Source: Trueperaceae bacterium (GTDB lineage: Bacteria > Deinococcota > Deinococci > Deinococcales > Trueperaceae). From it: a stretch of DNA of 64,000 nucleotides. The position numbers and the translations under genes are program-made. The notes under the pieces are model-generated. The model did not search any database. It had not been told where the DNA came from and saw nothing but the letters and a program-made list of their open reading frames with translations. Positions 29,381 to 38,924 of this stretch are shown here, one piece after another; the first letter of the stretch is position 1; each line of letters starts with the position of its first letter. Where the stretch lies: positions 768,001 to 832,000 of the forward strand of contig CBDCDZ010000004.1 in NCBI GenBank assembly GCA_965215565.1. The letters run 5' to 3'.

Positions 29381-30835
29381 ATGTATCACATCGTCAGCGG
29401 GCGCTACGGCGCTACAATGGTGAGGATGCTTTTGTCAAGGTGCCACCTAAACAGGCTACTCCTCATTCTGCTGACGCTCCTTAGCGTAAACGGGGCGGCG
29501 GCGCAACTCAGCGGCGAGGCGCTCGTAACGCTGCAAGAGGGGCAAGCGGCTGCTGAGAAGGCCAGGGCGACGTACGTGGGCGTGAGCAGCCCTGACCAAC
29601 CGCTGTGGCGCGAGGCGATCCGCTTCGGCGAGCAGGCGCTGAGGCTCCAACCGGGCGCGCCCGAGGTGCTCCGCTTCCTCGCGGAGACGTACAGCGACCT
29701 CTCCTGGGACGTGCGCGCCTGGGACTACGGGCAGCGTTTTTTGGAGGCGGGTGGCGAACTCGACGGGGCGCTTGTAGAGGACTTGCTCGGGGCGGGCACT
29801 CAACTCGGCTACGCCCGCTACAACGCCGGTGATTTGGCAGGCGCGGCAAACTATTTCGAAGAGGTCTTAGCGCTCGACGCACAAAGCGCCGTGCCGAACG
29901 TCTGGCTCGGGCGCATCTATCTGGAGCAGGGCGAGCCTACGAGGGCGCTTCCCTACTGGCAGGCTGCCGCCGAACTCTCACCGGATGACGAAGGCGTGCA
30001 GTTCTACCTCTCGCAGACCGAGGCGCAGCTCGAGTTCGGCGCAGCCGCAGGTGGCGCGTTTCAAAGAGGTCTGCAGGCCTATGACGAAGGGCGCTTAGAG
30101 GACGCGCTCACCCTCTTTGAAGAGGCGACTAGGGCGAATCCCGACTATAAGCAAGCCTTCGTATGGGCGGGGCGCACGAGTTTAGAGCTTGGCTATTCCG
30201 AAGCGGCGAAAGAGTACTGGCAGCGCGTTTTAGACCTCGATCCCGAGGAGAGCCGTGCGCGCTACTTCATTGCGCGGGCAGACGACCAGCTCAGGTGGGG
30301 CGCGGAAGCCGTGCTGACCTTTCAAGAGGGGACGCGCCTCTACAGCGAGGGCAGCTTAGAGGCGGCGGGCGACGCCTTCGCCGAGGCGAGCCGCGCGAAC
30401 CCGCAGTACCAAGAGGCGGCGGCTCGGGCGGCGCAGAGCTACCAGGAGGCGGGCAAGCCGCAGCAAGCCGTCCCCTTCTGGGAGCGCGTCGTCACCCTCG
30501 ACCCGGACAACACGAGAGCCGCGTACTTCTTAGACCTCGCCCGCAACCAGAGTGGCTACGGAGCGGAAGCGGTAAGCGCCTTTAACCGGGGCGTCAGCGC
30601 CTACCAAAACGTGAACTTAGAGGCGGCGCAAACGGCGTTTGAGGCGGCGGTGGCGGCGCGCTCTACCTACGCCGACGCCTGGGCGTGGCTCGGGCGCATC
30701 CACTTCGACAGAGGTGAATACAGCGCCGCCGCGAGCGACTACCGCCGCGCTTTAGCGCTCGTTCCCGACGACAACTCATACCGCTTTTTTGCAGAAGAGG
30801 CGGCGCGACTCGCCGACGACGAGGCGAGTAATTAA
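29381..30835 (+). CDS. Exported tetratricopeptide-repeat protein
   Basis: Signal-like hydrophobic stretch and repeated ~80-aa modules of TPR pairs. Start codon uncertain. Confidence 0.8.
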   Translation: MYHIVSGRYGATMVRMLLSRCHLNRLLLILLTLLSVNGAAAQLSGEALVTLQEGQAAAEKARATYVGVSSPDQPLWREAIRFGEQALRLQPGAPEVLRFLAETYSDLSWDVRAWDYGQRFLEAGGELDGALVEDLLGAGTQLGYARYNAGDLAGAANYFEEVLALDAQSAVPNVWLGRIYLEQGEPTRALPYWQAAAELSPDDEGVQFYLSQTEAQLEFGAAAGGAFQRGLQAYDEGRLEDALTLFEEATRANPDYKQAFVWAGRTSLELGYSEAAKEYWQRVLDLDPEESRARYFIARADDQLRWGAEAVLTFQEGTRLYSEGSLEAAGDAFAEASRANPQYQEAAARAAQSYQEAGKPQQAVPFWERVVTLDPDNTRAAYFLDLARNQSGYGAEAVSAFNRGVSAYQNVNLEAAQTAFEAAVAARSTYADAWAWLGRIHFDRGEYSAAASDYRRALALVPDDNSYRFFAEEAARLADDEASN

Positions 30836-30897
30836 GGCTGACCTCTTAAACTCGGCACAACATTTGTCTGGTGCTCTAGTAGAATTACGAATATTAG

Positions 30898-31298
30898 TAG
30901 CAGGTATCAAAGTCTGTCTCGCAAAGCTCGGTTCACGTTAGTACTCGCGCAGCGATGGTGGTTTGAAACACTCGTACTTTTGAGAATGTTGTGTAGCACG
31001 CACATTCTGAGATGAAATCCCGCAACGGCAGGGCGGCCTGCCCGTAACGCTAGTCCTTACGGACAGAGATCTGCGCTCATCCGTCTCAGTATGTTCTGGA
31101 ATTGCTGTAGGATGAAGCATCGGAAATCCGTGGGGCACTGTAGAGAATTCGCGCACGTCCCCTCTGTTAGCAGGTTACTTCGTATAGCTTCGCTCAATCA
31201 TCTGGTTTGAAACACAACCACTTGAGAGAACATAGTGGAGCACGCACGTTCAGGGATGATATCCGCGGCACTTTGTCTCAGTATGTCGTGGAACTGCT
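30898..31298 (-). repeat. Two adjacent TAGCAG...TGCT elements, copies E (30898-31107) and F (31168-31298)
   Basis: Both carry TAGCAGGT...TGGTTTGAAACAC...AGCACGCAC...GTCTCAGTATGT...GGAA(T/C)TGCT. Confidence 0.8.
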
Positions 31299-31387
31299 GC
31301 GTAATTTAGCTTTTGTTCCCCTGAGTAACCCGAGACGTTATAAAAATTCCATCTCGTTATCGCCGCACGTAGTGATAGCGTGCCTCT

Positions 31388-31900
31388 ATGCGTACGATTG
31401 CCCTGCGCGTGGCTGCCCTCGCACTTCTCCTCCTCCTTACCCTCGTTTCTGTAATTACGGTTCGGATGCTCAACAGGCTGCCTAACAGCATCGTCTACTA
31501 CGTCAAATCGCAAGAGACTGCCTTCACCTTGGAGGGCGTGCGCCGCCGTTTCGACGCGGACACGCCCGAAAAGAGGTTAGAAGCGGCGCTACAGGCGTTA
31601 ATCGAGGGGACAGATGAGGCGGGGCTCTGGGGCGCTTTTCCAGCCGACACAGAGGTGAGGAGGCTCGAGTTGGACGGTAAAACCGTCACCGTTGACCTCT
31701 CGGAAGCGTTCACTGAAGGCGGCGGCGCGTCAATGCTCGGGCGGCTCAACCAGCTTTTTTACACGCTGACGCAGCCGACAAACGTTGAGCGCGTCTCTTT
31801 ACGCATCGAAGGCGAAAGCGTAGAGGCGCTAGGCGGCGAAGGCATCCCCGTGCCGCAACCTTGGATAGAGCCAGAGGAGAGGACGCTGCCGACGTGGTAG
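31388..31900 (+). CDS. Membrane-anchored GerMN-domain protein
   Basis: N-terminal TM, ALQALIEG, VTVDLSEAF..GG..M..RLNQLFYTLTQ, V.LRIEG. Confidence 0.85.
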   Translation: MRTIALRVAALALLLLLTLVSVITVRMLNRLPNSIVYYVKSQETAFTLEGVRRRFDADTPEKRLEAALQALIEGTDEAGLWGAFPADTEVRRLELDGKTVTVDLSEAFTEGGGASMLGRLNQLFYTLTQPTNVERVSLRIEGESVEALGGEGIPVPQPWIEPEERTLPTW

Positions 31901-31942
31901 GCGTGCCTCTCCTCTGAGTTTGCTCATTCACCTGTCACGCGC

Positions 31943-32689
31943 TTAAAGCTGGCTCATCCCCCCGTCCGCCGTGATTTCTGTGCCCACAATAAAAGGGGCG
32001 TCATCCGAGGCTAAGAAGGCGACGATGTTGGCAATCTCCTCGGGTTTGCCGAAGCGCCCTACAGGGATTTGCTCCAAGATGCCCGCCGCCATCGCCTGCG
32101 TTTGCACTTCGTCCATGCCGAGCTTGCCGAAAATGGGCGTTTCCACCGGACCAGGGCTCACCGCATTGACCCGAATATTGCGCTCTAAAAGCTCCGCCGA
32201 GAGGGTGCGAATCAGGCTCGAGAGGGCCGCTTTGCTAGCGGCGTAAACCGTCGAGCCGGGCATCCCGATATGCGCGTTGATAGACGTGTTTAAGATAATG
32301 GACGCACCGTCGTTGAGATAGGGCAACGCCTTTTGCACCGTGAAGTACGCGCCTTTGAAGTTCGTGTTCATGACTGTGTCGAAGTTTTCTTCGCTCATCT
32401 CGCCTAGAGAATCGAAGATGACCAGCCCTGCGTTAATAAAGAGGATGTCGACCTTGCCGAAGGTACGTTCCGTTCGTTCGAAGAGACCGTCCAAATCATC
32501 TAACTTGGTCACGTCTGCGCGTACGGCGAGCGTTTCGCCGCTTATTTGCTCCACACTCCTCGCCAACGCCTCCTCGTCTCGTCCTGAAATGACGACTTTC
32601 GCACCTAAATCCGCCAATGTTTGCGCCGACGCCAGACCGATACCGCTGTTGCCCCCGGTGATGACGGCGACTTTATTCTGTAACTCCAT
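31943..32689 (-). CDS. Short-chain dehydrogenase/reductase
   Basis: TGGNSGIG, INAG, YAASK, IRVNAVSPG. Confidence 0.95.
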   Translation of the reverse strand: MELQNKVAVITGGNSGIGLASAQTLADLGAKVVISGRDEEALARSVEQISGETLAVRADVTKLDDLDGLFERTERTFGKVDILFINAGLVIFDSLGEMSEENFDTVMNTNFKGAYFTVQKALPYLNDGASIILNTSINAHIGMPGSTVYAASKAALSSLIRTLSAELLERNIRVNAVSPGPVETPIFGKLGMDEVQTQAMAAGILEQIPVGRFGKPEEIANIVAFLASDDAPFIVGTEITADGGMSQL

Positions 32690-32754
32690 ATCCTTCTCCT
32701 TACGTTTCTCTGAGGTGTAAAAACTGAGTGACGACTGGGGGTGAGTGTTCTAAT

Positions 32755-32776
32755 TTATGTACTTTCAAGTACAAAA
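32755..32776. promoter_or_regulatory. Putative TetR operator upstream of the SDR gene
   Basis: TTATGTACTTTCAAGTACAAAA, near-identical to the palindrome at 33403. Confidence 0.7.
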
Positions 32777-32793
32777 CTTCCAAATAAAAAAGT

Positions 32794-33369
32794 TTAGTCC
32801 AAGACGGACAGGGCGAGTTGGGCGATGGTTTCTAATTCCGCCTGGCGGTCGCCCGCTTTGGCACGTAGTTGTAGCCCTGCAACGGCGCTGTAAAGATAGA
32901 GCGCTAAGGCTTCGGGGTCTTTGTCCGAAAGCTCCCCCTTTCGTTGCGCGTCGGCTAGAAAGGCGGTAAAAGCGCGTTTAGACGCGGCGTCGGTCTCCTT
33001 GACAAACGCGGCAACATCCTCGCTAGTCGCGCACGTTTGGACGGTGCTATTGACGATCATGCAGCCAGCGCAGCAGCCTTCGGTGGCTTCGGCGATAAGG
33101 TCATCAAAGATACGCGCGAAGCCCGCTTTGACGTTGGGCGCACGCCCTAGTGCCGCTAACATCTTGCCGCTATACAGTTCGCGGTAGCGTGCTAACGCCT
33201 CCATGTAAAGGGCGTGCTTATCGCCGAAAGCGTTGTACAAACTTGGTCGGTTGATGCCCATCGCTTGGGTCAGGTCGTCTAAAAAGGTCGCCTCGTAGCC
33301 CTTTTGCCAAAAGACCAGCATCGCCTTATCCAGCGCTTCACTGCGGTCAAACTTGCGCGGTCTCGCCAC
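32794..33369 (-). CDS. TetR/AcrR-family regulator
   Basis: MARPRKFD...FWQKGYEAT..DDLT.AMGINRPSLYNAFGDK. Confidence 0.95.
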   Translation of the reverse strand: MARPRKFDRSEALDKAMLVFWQKGYEATFLDDLTQAMGINRPSLYNAFGDKHALYMEALARYRELYSGKMLAALGRAPNVKAGFARIFDDLIAEATEGCCAGCMIVNSTVQTCATSEDVAAFVKETDAASKRAFTAFLADAQRKGELSDKDPEALALYLYSAVAGLQLRAKAGDRQAELETIAQLALSVLD

Positions 33370-33402
33370 GGTTCACCTCCTCTCTTAAATGGACTATAGA
33401 GG

Positions 33403-33424
33403 TTATGTACTAGCAAGTACATAA
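33403..33424. promoter_or_regulatory. Putative TetR autoregulatory operator
   Basis: Perfect 9-bp-arm palindrome TTATGTACT-AGCA-AGTACATAA. Confidence 0.75.
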
Positions 33425-33496
33425 CCTAGCTTACATAAGATTGAGGTTATGCGCCCGAGAAGTTTGTGGGAGGAAGGCTCGAGGATTTGCTAAAGA

Positions 33497-33614
33497 AGCA
33501 ATGAGGAACGAGCAATCCAGTTGAGCTGGTTACGTAGTCTCCCGAAGGGAACGAACAGTGAGCAATGAGTAAAACCCTTTAGACTCATTGCTCGGAACTC
33601 ATTACTCATTGCTC
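33497..33614. repeat. Inverted GAGCAAT heptamer array, copy 3
   Basis: Same layout as 24091-24189, including CCAGTTGAGCTGG (33517-33529), plus an extra TCCCGAAGGGA hairpin. Confidence 0.75.
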
Positions 33615-33758
33615 GAGTCTCCCCATAAATCCCAAATCCGCAGAGAAATCGAGCCTACGCAAAGCTGCCAAATGTGAAGAAATTACGAACGCATTCTCAG
33701 CTTGGCTTTAGCCTTTGGGTGAGGCAGGCGTGTTAGACTCTTCTCTGTTTGGCGTGAG

Positions 33759-33840
33759 TAGCAGGTATCATCTGGTCATAAACGCTCTCACAATAGTAAG
33801 CACGACTCAACGTTCACATTCAGAGATGATACCTGCGATA
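33759..33840 (-). repeat. TAGCAG element core, copy G
   Basis: Perfect 13-bp inverted repeat GCAGGTATCATCT / AGATGATACCTGC around the family core. Confidence 0.7.
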
Positions 33841-33892
33841 CTTTATCTCGGCATACTGGAGCGTTTTTAGCGGTTGAGTCTCTAAGAAGAAG

Positions 33893-33966
33893 TGCGCCCG
33901 GCAGGATTCGAACCTGCGACCTTTCGCTCCGGAGGCGAACGCTCTATCCGGCTGAGCTACGGGCGC
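33893..33966 (-). tRNA. tRNA-Arg(CCG)
   Basis: GCGCCCG acceptor stem, TAGCTCAG D-arm, anticodon arm TTCGC-CT-CCG-GA-GCGAA, GGTTCGAATCC T-arm. CCA not encoded. Confidence 0.97.
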
Positions 33967-33970
33967 ATGT

Positions 33971-34119
33971 GCTAGAGGTGGCATCTGTAGTGCGTGCTAG
34001 AGGTAGCATCTATAGTCTACTGCTACACACAACTTTAAGGTTATCATCTTTAGCGCAAAGGCGCTAGAGGTAGCATCTTGTAGAAGACGCTAGAGGTAGC
34101 ATCTTGTAGAAGACGCTAG
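33971..34119. repeat. 25-26-bp direct repeats between divergent tRNA and PPIase genes
   Basis: GCTAGAGGT(A/G)GCATCT at 33971, 33996, 34063 and 34089, with partial units at 34022 and 34115. Confidence 0.8.
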
Positions 34120-34143
34120 TATTTTTAGGAGGACGACAAGAGG

Positions 34144-36204
34144 ATGAAGTTAAGTAAGAGAACCAACGCCATTATCTTATGGATTATTTCGATCGGGCTG
34201 CTCGTCAGTATGGTCATCGCCTTTACGCCGGGGACGTTTTTCGGTGGCAACCAGGGACCGAGCGACGGCGGCACCGCTTTAGAGGTCAACGGGCAACCGA
34301 TCAGCGAACTCGAGCTTTCCCGCGTGCAACAAAACCCGCCCTTTAACGCGGTGCAAGAGGGACCCGTCGCCGAGGACTTGGAGCGGCTCGCCTTCGATCA
34401 GCTCATTCAAAACGAGGTGCTGCGCCAAGCGGCGGCGGACGTGAACGTGTCGCGGGGCGAGGTGAGAGCCGAGGTCAACGAGTTTCGTGAGGCGCGCGGC
34501 GTGGCGGGCTCCAATAACGACCGCGCCTACCAAAACCTCCTCGGCGGCGCAGGCTACACCGACGCGACGTTTCGCGACCTCATCCGGCAGCAGCTCAAGC
34601 AGGAGAAATATTTAGAGCGTTTAGTCGAAGACACCCAAGTCACAGACGAAGAGGTGCAGACCTTCTTCGCGGCGAACCGGGGCGCTTACACCACCGATCC
34701 GCAGATCACGGCGCGCGAGATTGTCGTTACGGATGAAACGCTCGCGAACACCCTTTACGCACGGGCGCGTGCGGGCGAAGACTTCGCGAGCTTGGCGCGG
34801 GAGTTTAGCGAAGAACGCGCCGAACAAGGTGGCGCGCTCGGCGCGGCGCAAGGCGAGTCGGAGCCGCGCCCCGTCGGACGTGTTGCGCTGCCGACGCCCG
34901 TCGCTGACGCTGCCTTTGGCTTGCAGGGTCCGGGCGTCACGCGCCCCGTGCAAGCGGGCGGCGCGTACCACATCGTCAAGGTTGAGCGCTTCACGTCGCC
35001 CGAGCAGCAACCCTTCGAAGAGGTGCAGGAGCGCGTGCGCGAAGACGCGCAGCTCGCGAAGGAGGCGGGCGTCCAGGCGCAGGCCTTGGAGACTCTACAA
35101 AACGAAGCGAACATCGAGCCGAGCGGCTCGTACAGCTACGACAATCCACCTGTCGCTTACGTCGGCGAGGACGAGATTCGCGCAACCGCGTTAGCGGAGG
35201 AAACCTACCTCAACCAGCAGGTGCAGGGATTTTTGAACCCGAACAGCGCCGACATCATCCTGAATTTCTTTAAGCCCACTGTTCTAGAGCAGCTCATCGA
35301 GCGCGAACTCGCAGCGCAGGGTGCGGCCGCCTTGGATGGTAACTTCGTCGGACCACCCGCAGGCGTGGCGCAGAGCGCGCTGAGCTTCGTGAGCAGAGAC
35401 GCCGAGGTGACAGACACGCAGATTAGGGAATACTACGACGCCAATTTAGGACGTTTCACCGAAAGCGCGGTAGCGGTGGCGACGCGGGTGAACTTCTCCG
35501 ACGAAGCTTCGGCGCAGAACTTTCGTCAAGCGCTCTTGGAAAACGAGAACGTGGACCGTGACGCTATAGACGTCGCGGCAGACGCAGCAAACGGTGAGGT
35601 GGTCCGCCTCGGACCGGTCTCGCCCGGTGAGACGGAAGAGGTAGTGGACCAGGCGCTGTTCAACTTCGAGTCGGGCGACTTCGCGGCGCTCAACGCCGAA
35701 AGCGAGACCGAAGTCTCGAGCGTCCTCACGCTCGCCCAGCCCACCGATACTCAAACGGGTGGCGCAGGGACAGGGGGCGCAGAGACAGGCGGCGCGGGGA
35801 CAGGCGCTGAGACGGGTGGCGCTCTCGGTGTTTCACAGACCTACGTCGTGCTCGTCGCGACGCGCATCCCCGAGCGCGTGCGCCCCTTAGAGGAGGTGCG
35901 CCCGCAAGCCCGCGACGCGGTGCTCGCCAACCAACGCGAGGAGCTGCGCCAAACGTGGCTGAGCGGTCTGCGCGAAGAGATCACCGTCGAGAACCTGCTC
36001 GTATCCGCGCAAGGCGAAGCTACAGGTGGCGCGAGCCCCGAGGCTGGTGGCGAAGCTACAGGCGAAAGTGAAGCTACGGGCGAAAGCGCTGATGGTGCCG
36101 AAGGAAATACAGAAGGGCTAGAGGAGCAAGTTGACGTTCCCAACGACACCGAACTCGTGCCCGCTGAAGAGGGCGTGCAGGAAGCGCCACAAGAAGGGCA
36201 GTAA
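34144..36204 (+). CDS. SurA/PpiD-like parvulin peptidyl-prolyl isomerase
   Basis: N-terminal TM, SurA_N region, rotamase motif GEDFASLAREFSE...GGALG...YHIVKV, low-complexity acidic tail. Confidence 0.85.
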   Translation: MKLSKRTNAIILWIISIGLLVSMVIAFTPGTFFGGNQGPSDGGTALEVNGQPISELELSRVQQNPPFNAVQEGPVAEDLERLAFDQLIQNEVLRQAAADVNVSRGEVRAEVNEFREARGVAGSNNDRAYQNLLGGAGYTDATFRDLIRQQLKQEKYLERLVEDTQVTDEEVQTFFAANRGAYTTDPQITAREIVVTDETLANTLYARARAGEDFASLAREFSEERAEQGGALGAAQGESEPRPVGRVALPTPVADAAFGLQGPGVTRPVQAGGAYHIVKVERFTSPEQQPFEEVQERVREDAQLAKEAGVQAQALETLQNEANIEPSGSYSYDNPPVAYVGEDEIRATALAEETYLNQQVQGFLNPNSADIILNFFKPTVLEQLIERELAAQGAAALDGNFVGPPAGVAQSALSFVSRDAEVTDTQIREYYDANLGRFTESAVAVATRVNFSDEASAQNFRQALLENENVDRDAIDVAADAANGEVVRLGPVSPGETEEVVDQALFNFESGDFAALNAESETEVSSVLTLAQPTDTQTGGAGTGGAETGGAGTGAETGGALGVSQTYVVLVATRIPERVRPLEEVRPQARDAVLANQREELRQTWLSGLREEITVENLLVSAQGEATGGASPEAGGEATGESEATGESADGAEGNTEGLEEQVDVPNDTELVPAEEGVQEAPQEGQ

Positions 36205-36221
36205 CCTTCCCAGTGAAGACC

Positions 36222-36253
36222 ACCCCTCGAGCTAACTAGAGGGGTTCTTCTTT
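36222..36253 (+). terminator. Intrinsic terminator
   Basis: ACCCCTC...GAGGGGGT stem followed by TCTTCTTT. Confidence 0.6.
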
Positions 36254-36311
36254 GGCGTAGCGGTTTAGCATAGGTGTTGAGTCGGAACAGCGAAATTATC
36301 GCTGCTAGGTA

Positions 36312-36682
36312 TAGCAGTTCCAAGACATATAGCAAGTATCATTTGGTTTGAGACGCTCACGATGTAGAACACCGTGCAGCACGCACACTTGAGAATGATA
36401 CTTGCGCTATTCCAATCAATACTTATGTTAATTGCTATACTGAGGCAAAGTGCCGCTTTCTGAAAGCCCGCAGGGACGTAGTTTTCGCTCCGCGAAGGGC
36501 ATCATCACCGAACGTGCGTGCTAATCACGCAGTTTGCTGCCTAGCAACGTCGCTTCGGACGGTAAGAGTATTGCTTCGCTTACGAAGTTTCCCTTTCGCA
36601 GACGCGAAAACGGTGTAACCGGGAACAACTTCGTACACTCAAACCAGATGAAATCCCGCTAGGCTTTGCCTGAGACCTGCTA
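36312..36682 (+). repeat. Nested TAGCAG element, copy H (inner element 36330-36437)
   Basis: The outer end ...AGACA-TA-CTGAGG is interrupted by an inverted 108-bp TAGCAAG...TTGCTA copy with TA duplicated at 36328-29 and 36438-39. Confidence 0.85.
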
Positions 36683-36785
36683 GTAGTAGTGGAACTTTAT
36701 CCCCTGACGTTCATGAAGGCTTGTTTTCTCAAGCAAGCGTGTTGGTAACCAGATGCTACCTGCTTTCCTGGGTTACATTGCCCCT

Positions 36786-38300
36786 ATGCCAAGAGCACTC
36801 CTCAGCGTATCGGACAAAACGGGCCTGGAAACTTTCGCCCAAAACCTCTTAGACGCGGGCTTTGACCTCATCTCGACGGGCGGCACCTTTCGCACTTTAC
36901 GAGCGGCTGGCTTAGCGGTTCAGCAAGTTTCCGACGTGACGGGCTCGCCCGAGATTTTAGAGGGACGGGTCAAGACGCTGCACCCCAAAATCCACGGTGG
37001 CATCCTCGCTAAGCGGAACGCTGAGCATTCCAAAGAACTGGAAGAACAAGGCATCGAGCCAATCGATCTAGTCGCCGTCAACCTCTACCCCTTCCGCGAA
37101 ACGGTGGCACAAGAGGTTGACCTAGAAACGGCTTTAGAGAATATTGACATCGGCGGACCGACGATGCTCCGCGCGGCGGCGAAGAACTTTCCGCGCGTTT
37201 TAGTCGTGAGCGACCCGGCGGATTATGGGCGCGTGGCTGAGGCGCTTAGGGAGGGTGCGGATGAGGCGTTGCGGCTCGAGCTAGCCCGTAAAGCATTCGC
37301 CCACACCGCCGCGTACGACGCGGCGATCATCCGATATTTAGGCGACCAGATGGACGGTCACTGGACGGACGAGACCGCTTTAGAACTCCACAAGGTGCGC
37401 AGTCTGCGCTACGGCGAAAACCCCCACCAACGCGCCGCCTTGTGGCGACTCGGCAGCGAAAGGGGTCCGGTTCTTGACGCGGAGGTGCTGCACGGAAAGG
37501 AAATGTCCTTTAACAACTACAGCGACGCGGAAGCCGCTTGGAACCTGCTCAGCGAACTGCCTACCCCTGCCGCCGTTGCCGTCAAACACGCTAACCCCTG
37601 CGGCGTGGGAGTGGCGGACGAACTTTTGGACGCCTACAAGAGGGCGCACGCCGCCGACCCCGTGAGCATCTTCGGCGGCATTGTGGCGGTCAATGAGACC
37701 GTGACGGAGGCGCTAGCGGACGAACTCGCCAAAACATTCCTGGAGATCATCCTTGCACCCGACTACGAGGCTGCGGCTTTAGAGCGGTTGCAGCGCAAGA
37801 AAAACCTGCGACTACTTAAAGTGACGACGCCTGCGACTTCTAGGGGACGCGACATCCGCAGTCTGCGCGGTGGGCTGTTGGTGCAGGATTTGGATGAAGG
37901 AACCCTAAATGACGCCGACCTGCACGTCGTCACGAAGCGTGAGCCTTCCGAGGCGCAGTGGCGCGACCTCCGCTTCGCCTGGACGGTCTGCAAGCACGTC
38001 AAGTCGAACGCCATTGTGCTGGCGAAAGAGGGCGTTACGGCGGGCATCGGCGCGGGGCAGGTCTCGAGGATTTGGGCGGCGGAGGGCGCGGTAGCGAGAG
38101 CCGGTGAAGCGGTGAAGGGCTCCGTGATGGCGAGCGACGCTTTTTTCCCTTTCGACGACGTGGTGAGGATGGCGGCGGACGCGGGCGTGGCGGCGGTCAT
38201 TCAGCCCGGCGGCTCGGTCCGTGACGAAGAGGTCATCGCGGCGGCGGACGAGCTGGGTGTGGCGATGGTCTTGACGGGGATGCGGCACTTTAAGCACTAG
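36786..38300 (+). CDS. purH: Bifunctional AICAR transformylase/IMP cyclohydrolase
   Basis: [59 protein letters not shown]. Confidence 0.98.
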   Translation: MPRALLSVSDKTGLETFAQNLLDAGFDLISTGGTFRTLRAAGLAVQQVSDVTGSPEILEGRVKTLHPKIHGGILAKRNAEHSKELEEQGIEPIDLVAVNLYPFRETVAQEVDLETALENIDIGGPTMLRAAAKNFPRVLVVSDPADYGRVAEALREGADEALRLELARKAFAHTAAYDAAIIRYLGDQMDGHWTDETALELHKVRSLRYGENPHQRAALWRLGSERGPVLDAEVLHGKEMSFNNYSDAEAAWNLLSELPTPAAVAVKHANPCGVGVADELLDAYKRAHAADPVSIFGGIVAVNETVTEALADELAKTFLEIILAPDYEAAALERLQRKKNLRLLKVTTPATSRGRDIRSLRGGLLVQDLDEGTLNDADLHVVTKREPSEAQWRDLRFAWTVCKHVKSNAIVLAKEGVTAGIGAGQVSRIWAAEGAVARAGEAVKGSVMASDAFFPFDDVVRMAADAGVAAVIQPGGSVRDEEVIAAADELGVAMVLTGMRHFKH

Positions 38301-38384
38301 GCGTTCGTTGCAAGCAAAGCTCACGACCGTGCCGCAGACTCAACCGTTCTGCCGGGTGAATTTGGATGCCCTCTTGAGAGAATA

Positions 38385-38495
38385 TAGCAAATATCATTTG
38401 GTTTGAGCCAGTCTCACGTTAGAGAACTTGGGCGAACACGCACATTCTTAAATGATGCTTGCGCTATTCCAATTCAGTACTTCTGTGAACTGCTT
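38385..38495 (-). repeat. TAGCA element, copy I (same subfamily as inner copy H)
   Basis: TAGCAAATATCATTTGGTTTGAG...CACGCACA...TTGCGCTATTCCAAT, flanked by TA on both sides. Confidence 0.75.
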
Positions 38496-38743
38496 TAGTT
38501 TAGAACTCGAGACGCCTCTACGACCTCTTTTATTGAACTGTCCAGCAAGCTTCTAAATCTGGCAAAATTCTGTGTGAATTTTGCCACACTTTTACCTCTC
38601 TAAACGCTTCGCGAATGTCTTGCAGACCTCTTTCTGCCGACTCCATCTTTAAGGTATAGTCCTCTATCCCCAAGTTAAAAGCTCGTCATGGACGTTGCTT
38701 CTCTTCAACTATCTATACTACTGATTGTACCTCTTGCTCATTA

Positions 38744-38891
38744 GGCACATCATGTGGTACGTTTTGCGAACACAATCGTGTATGAACTTTTCGTGCTCGA
38801 GACTTGACGTCGCACATCAGACGCATTAAGATGTTTTTGTGTAAGTGCAACAATGTGTGTAATTGGCTCGTAGCCATACAAGATGTAGTCA
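38744..38891. promoter_or_regulatory. Putative NrdR boxes
   Basis: CATACAAGATGTAGTC (~38875-38890) and GCACATCATGTGGTAC (~38745-38760) resemble acaCwAtATaTwGtgt upstream of nrdJ. Confidence 0.5.
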
Positions 38892-38924
38892 GAAGCCGCC
38901 CCACTCGCTCCCCGGAGGACCCTC

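Noticed and set aside
33893..33966. tRNA-Arg as an integration site
   Set aside because: No integrase or duplicated tRNA 3' end nearby.
33971..34119. Mini CRISPR array
   Set aside because: The intervening sequences are only ~10 bp and two are identical.
36683..38924. ZTP riboswitch before purH and cobalamin riboswitch before nrdJ
   Set aside because: No consensus aptamer motifs recognised. These leaders hold dispersed repeats and NrdR-like boxes.
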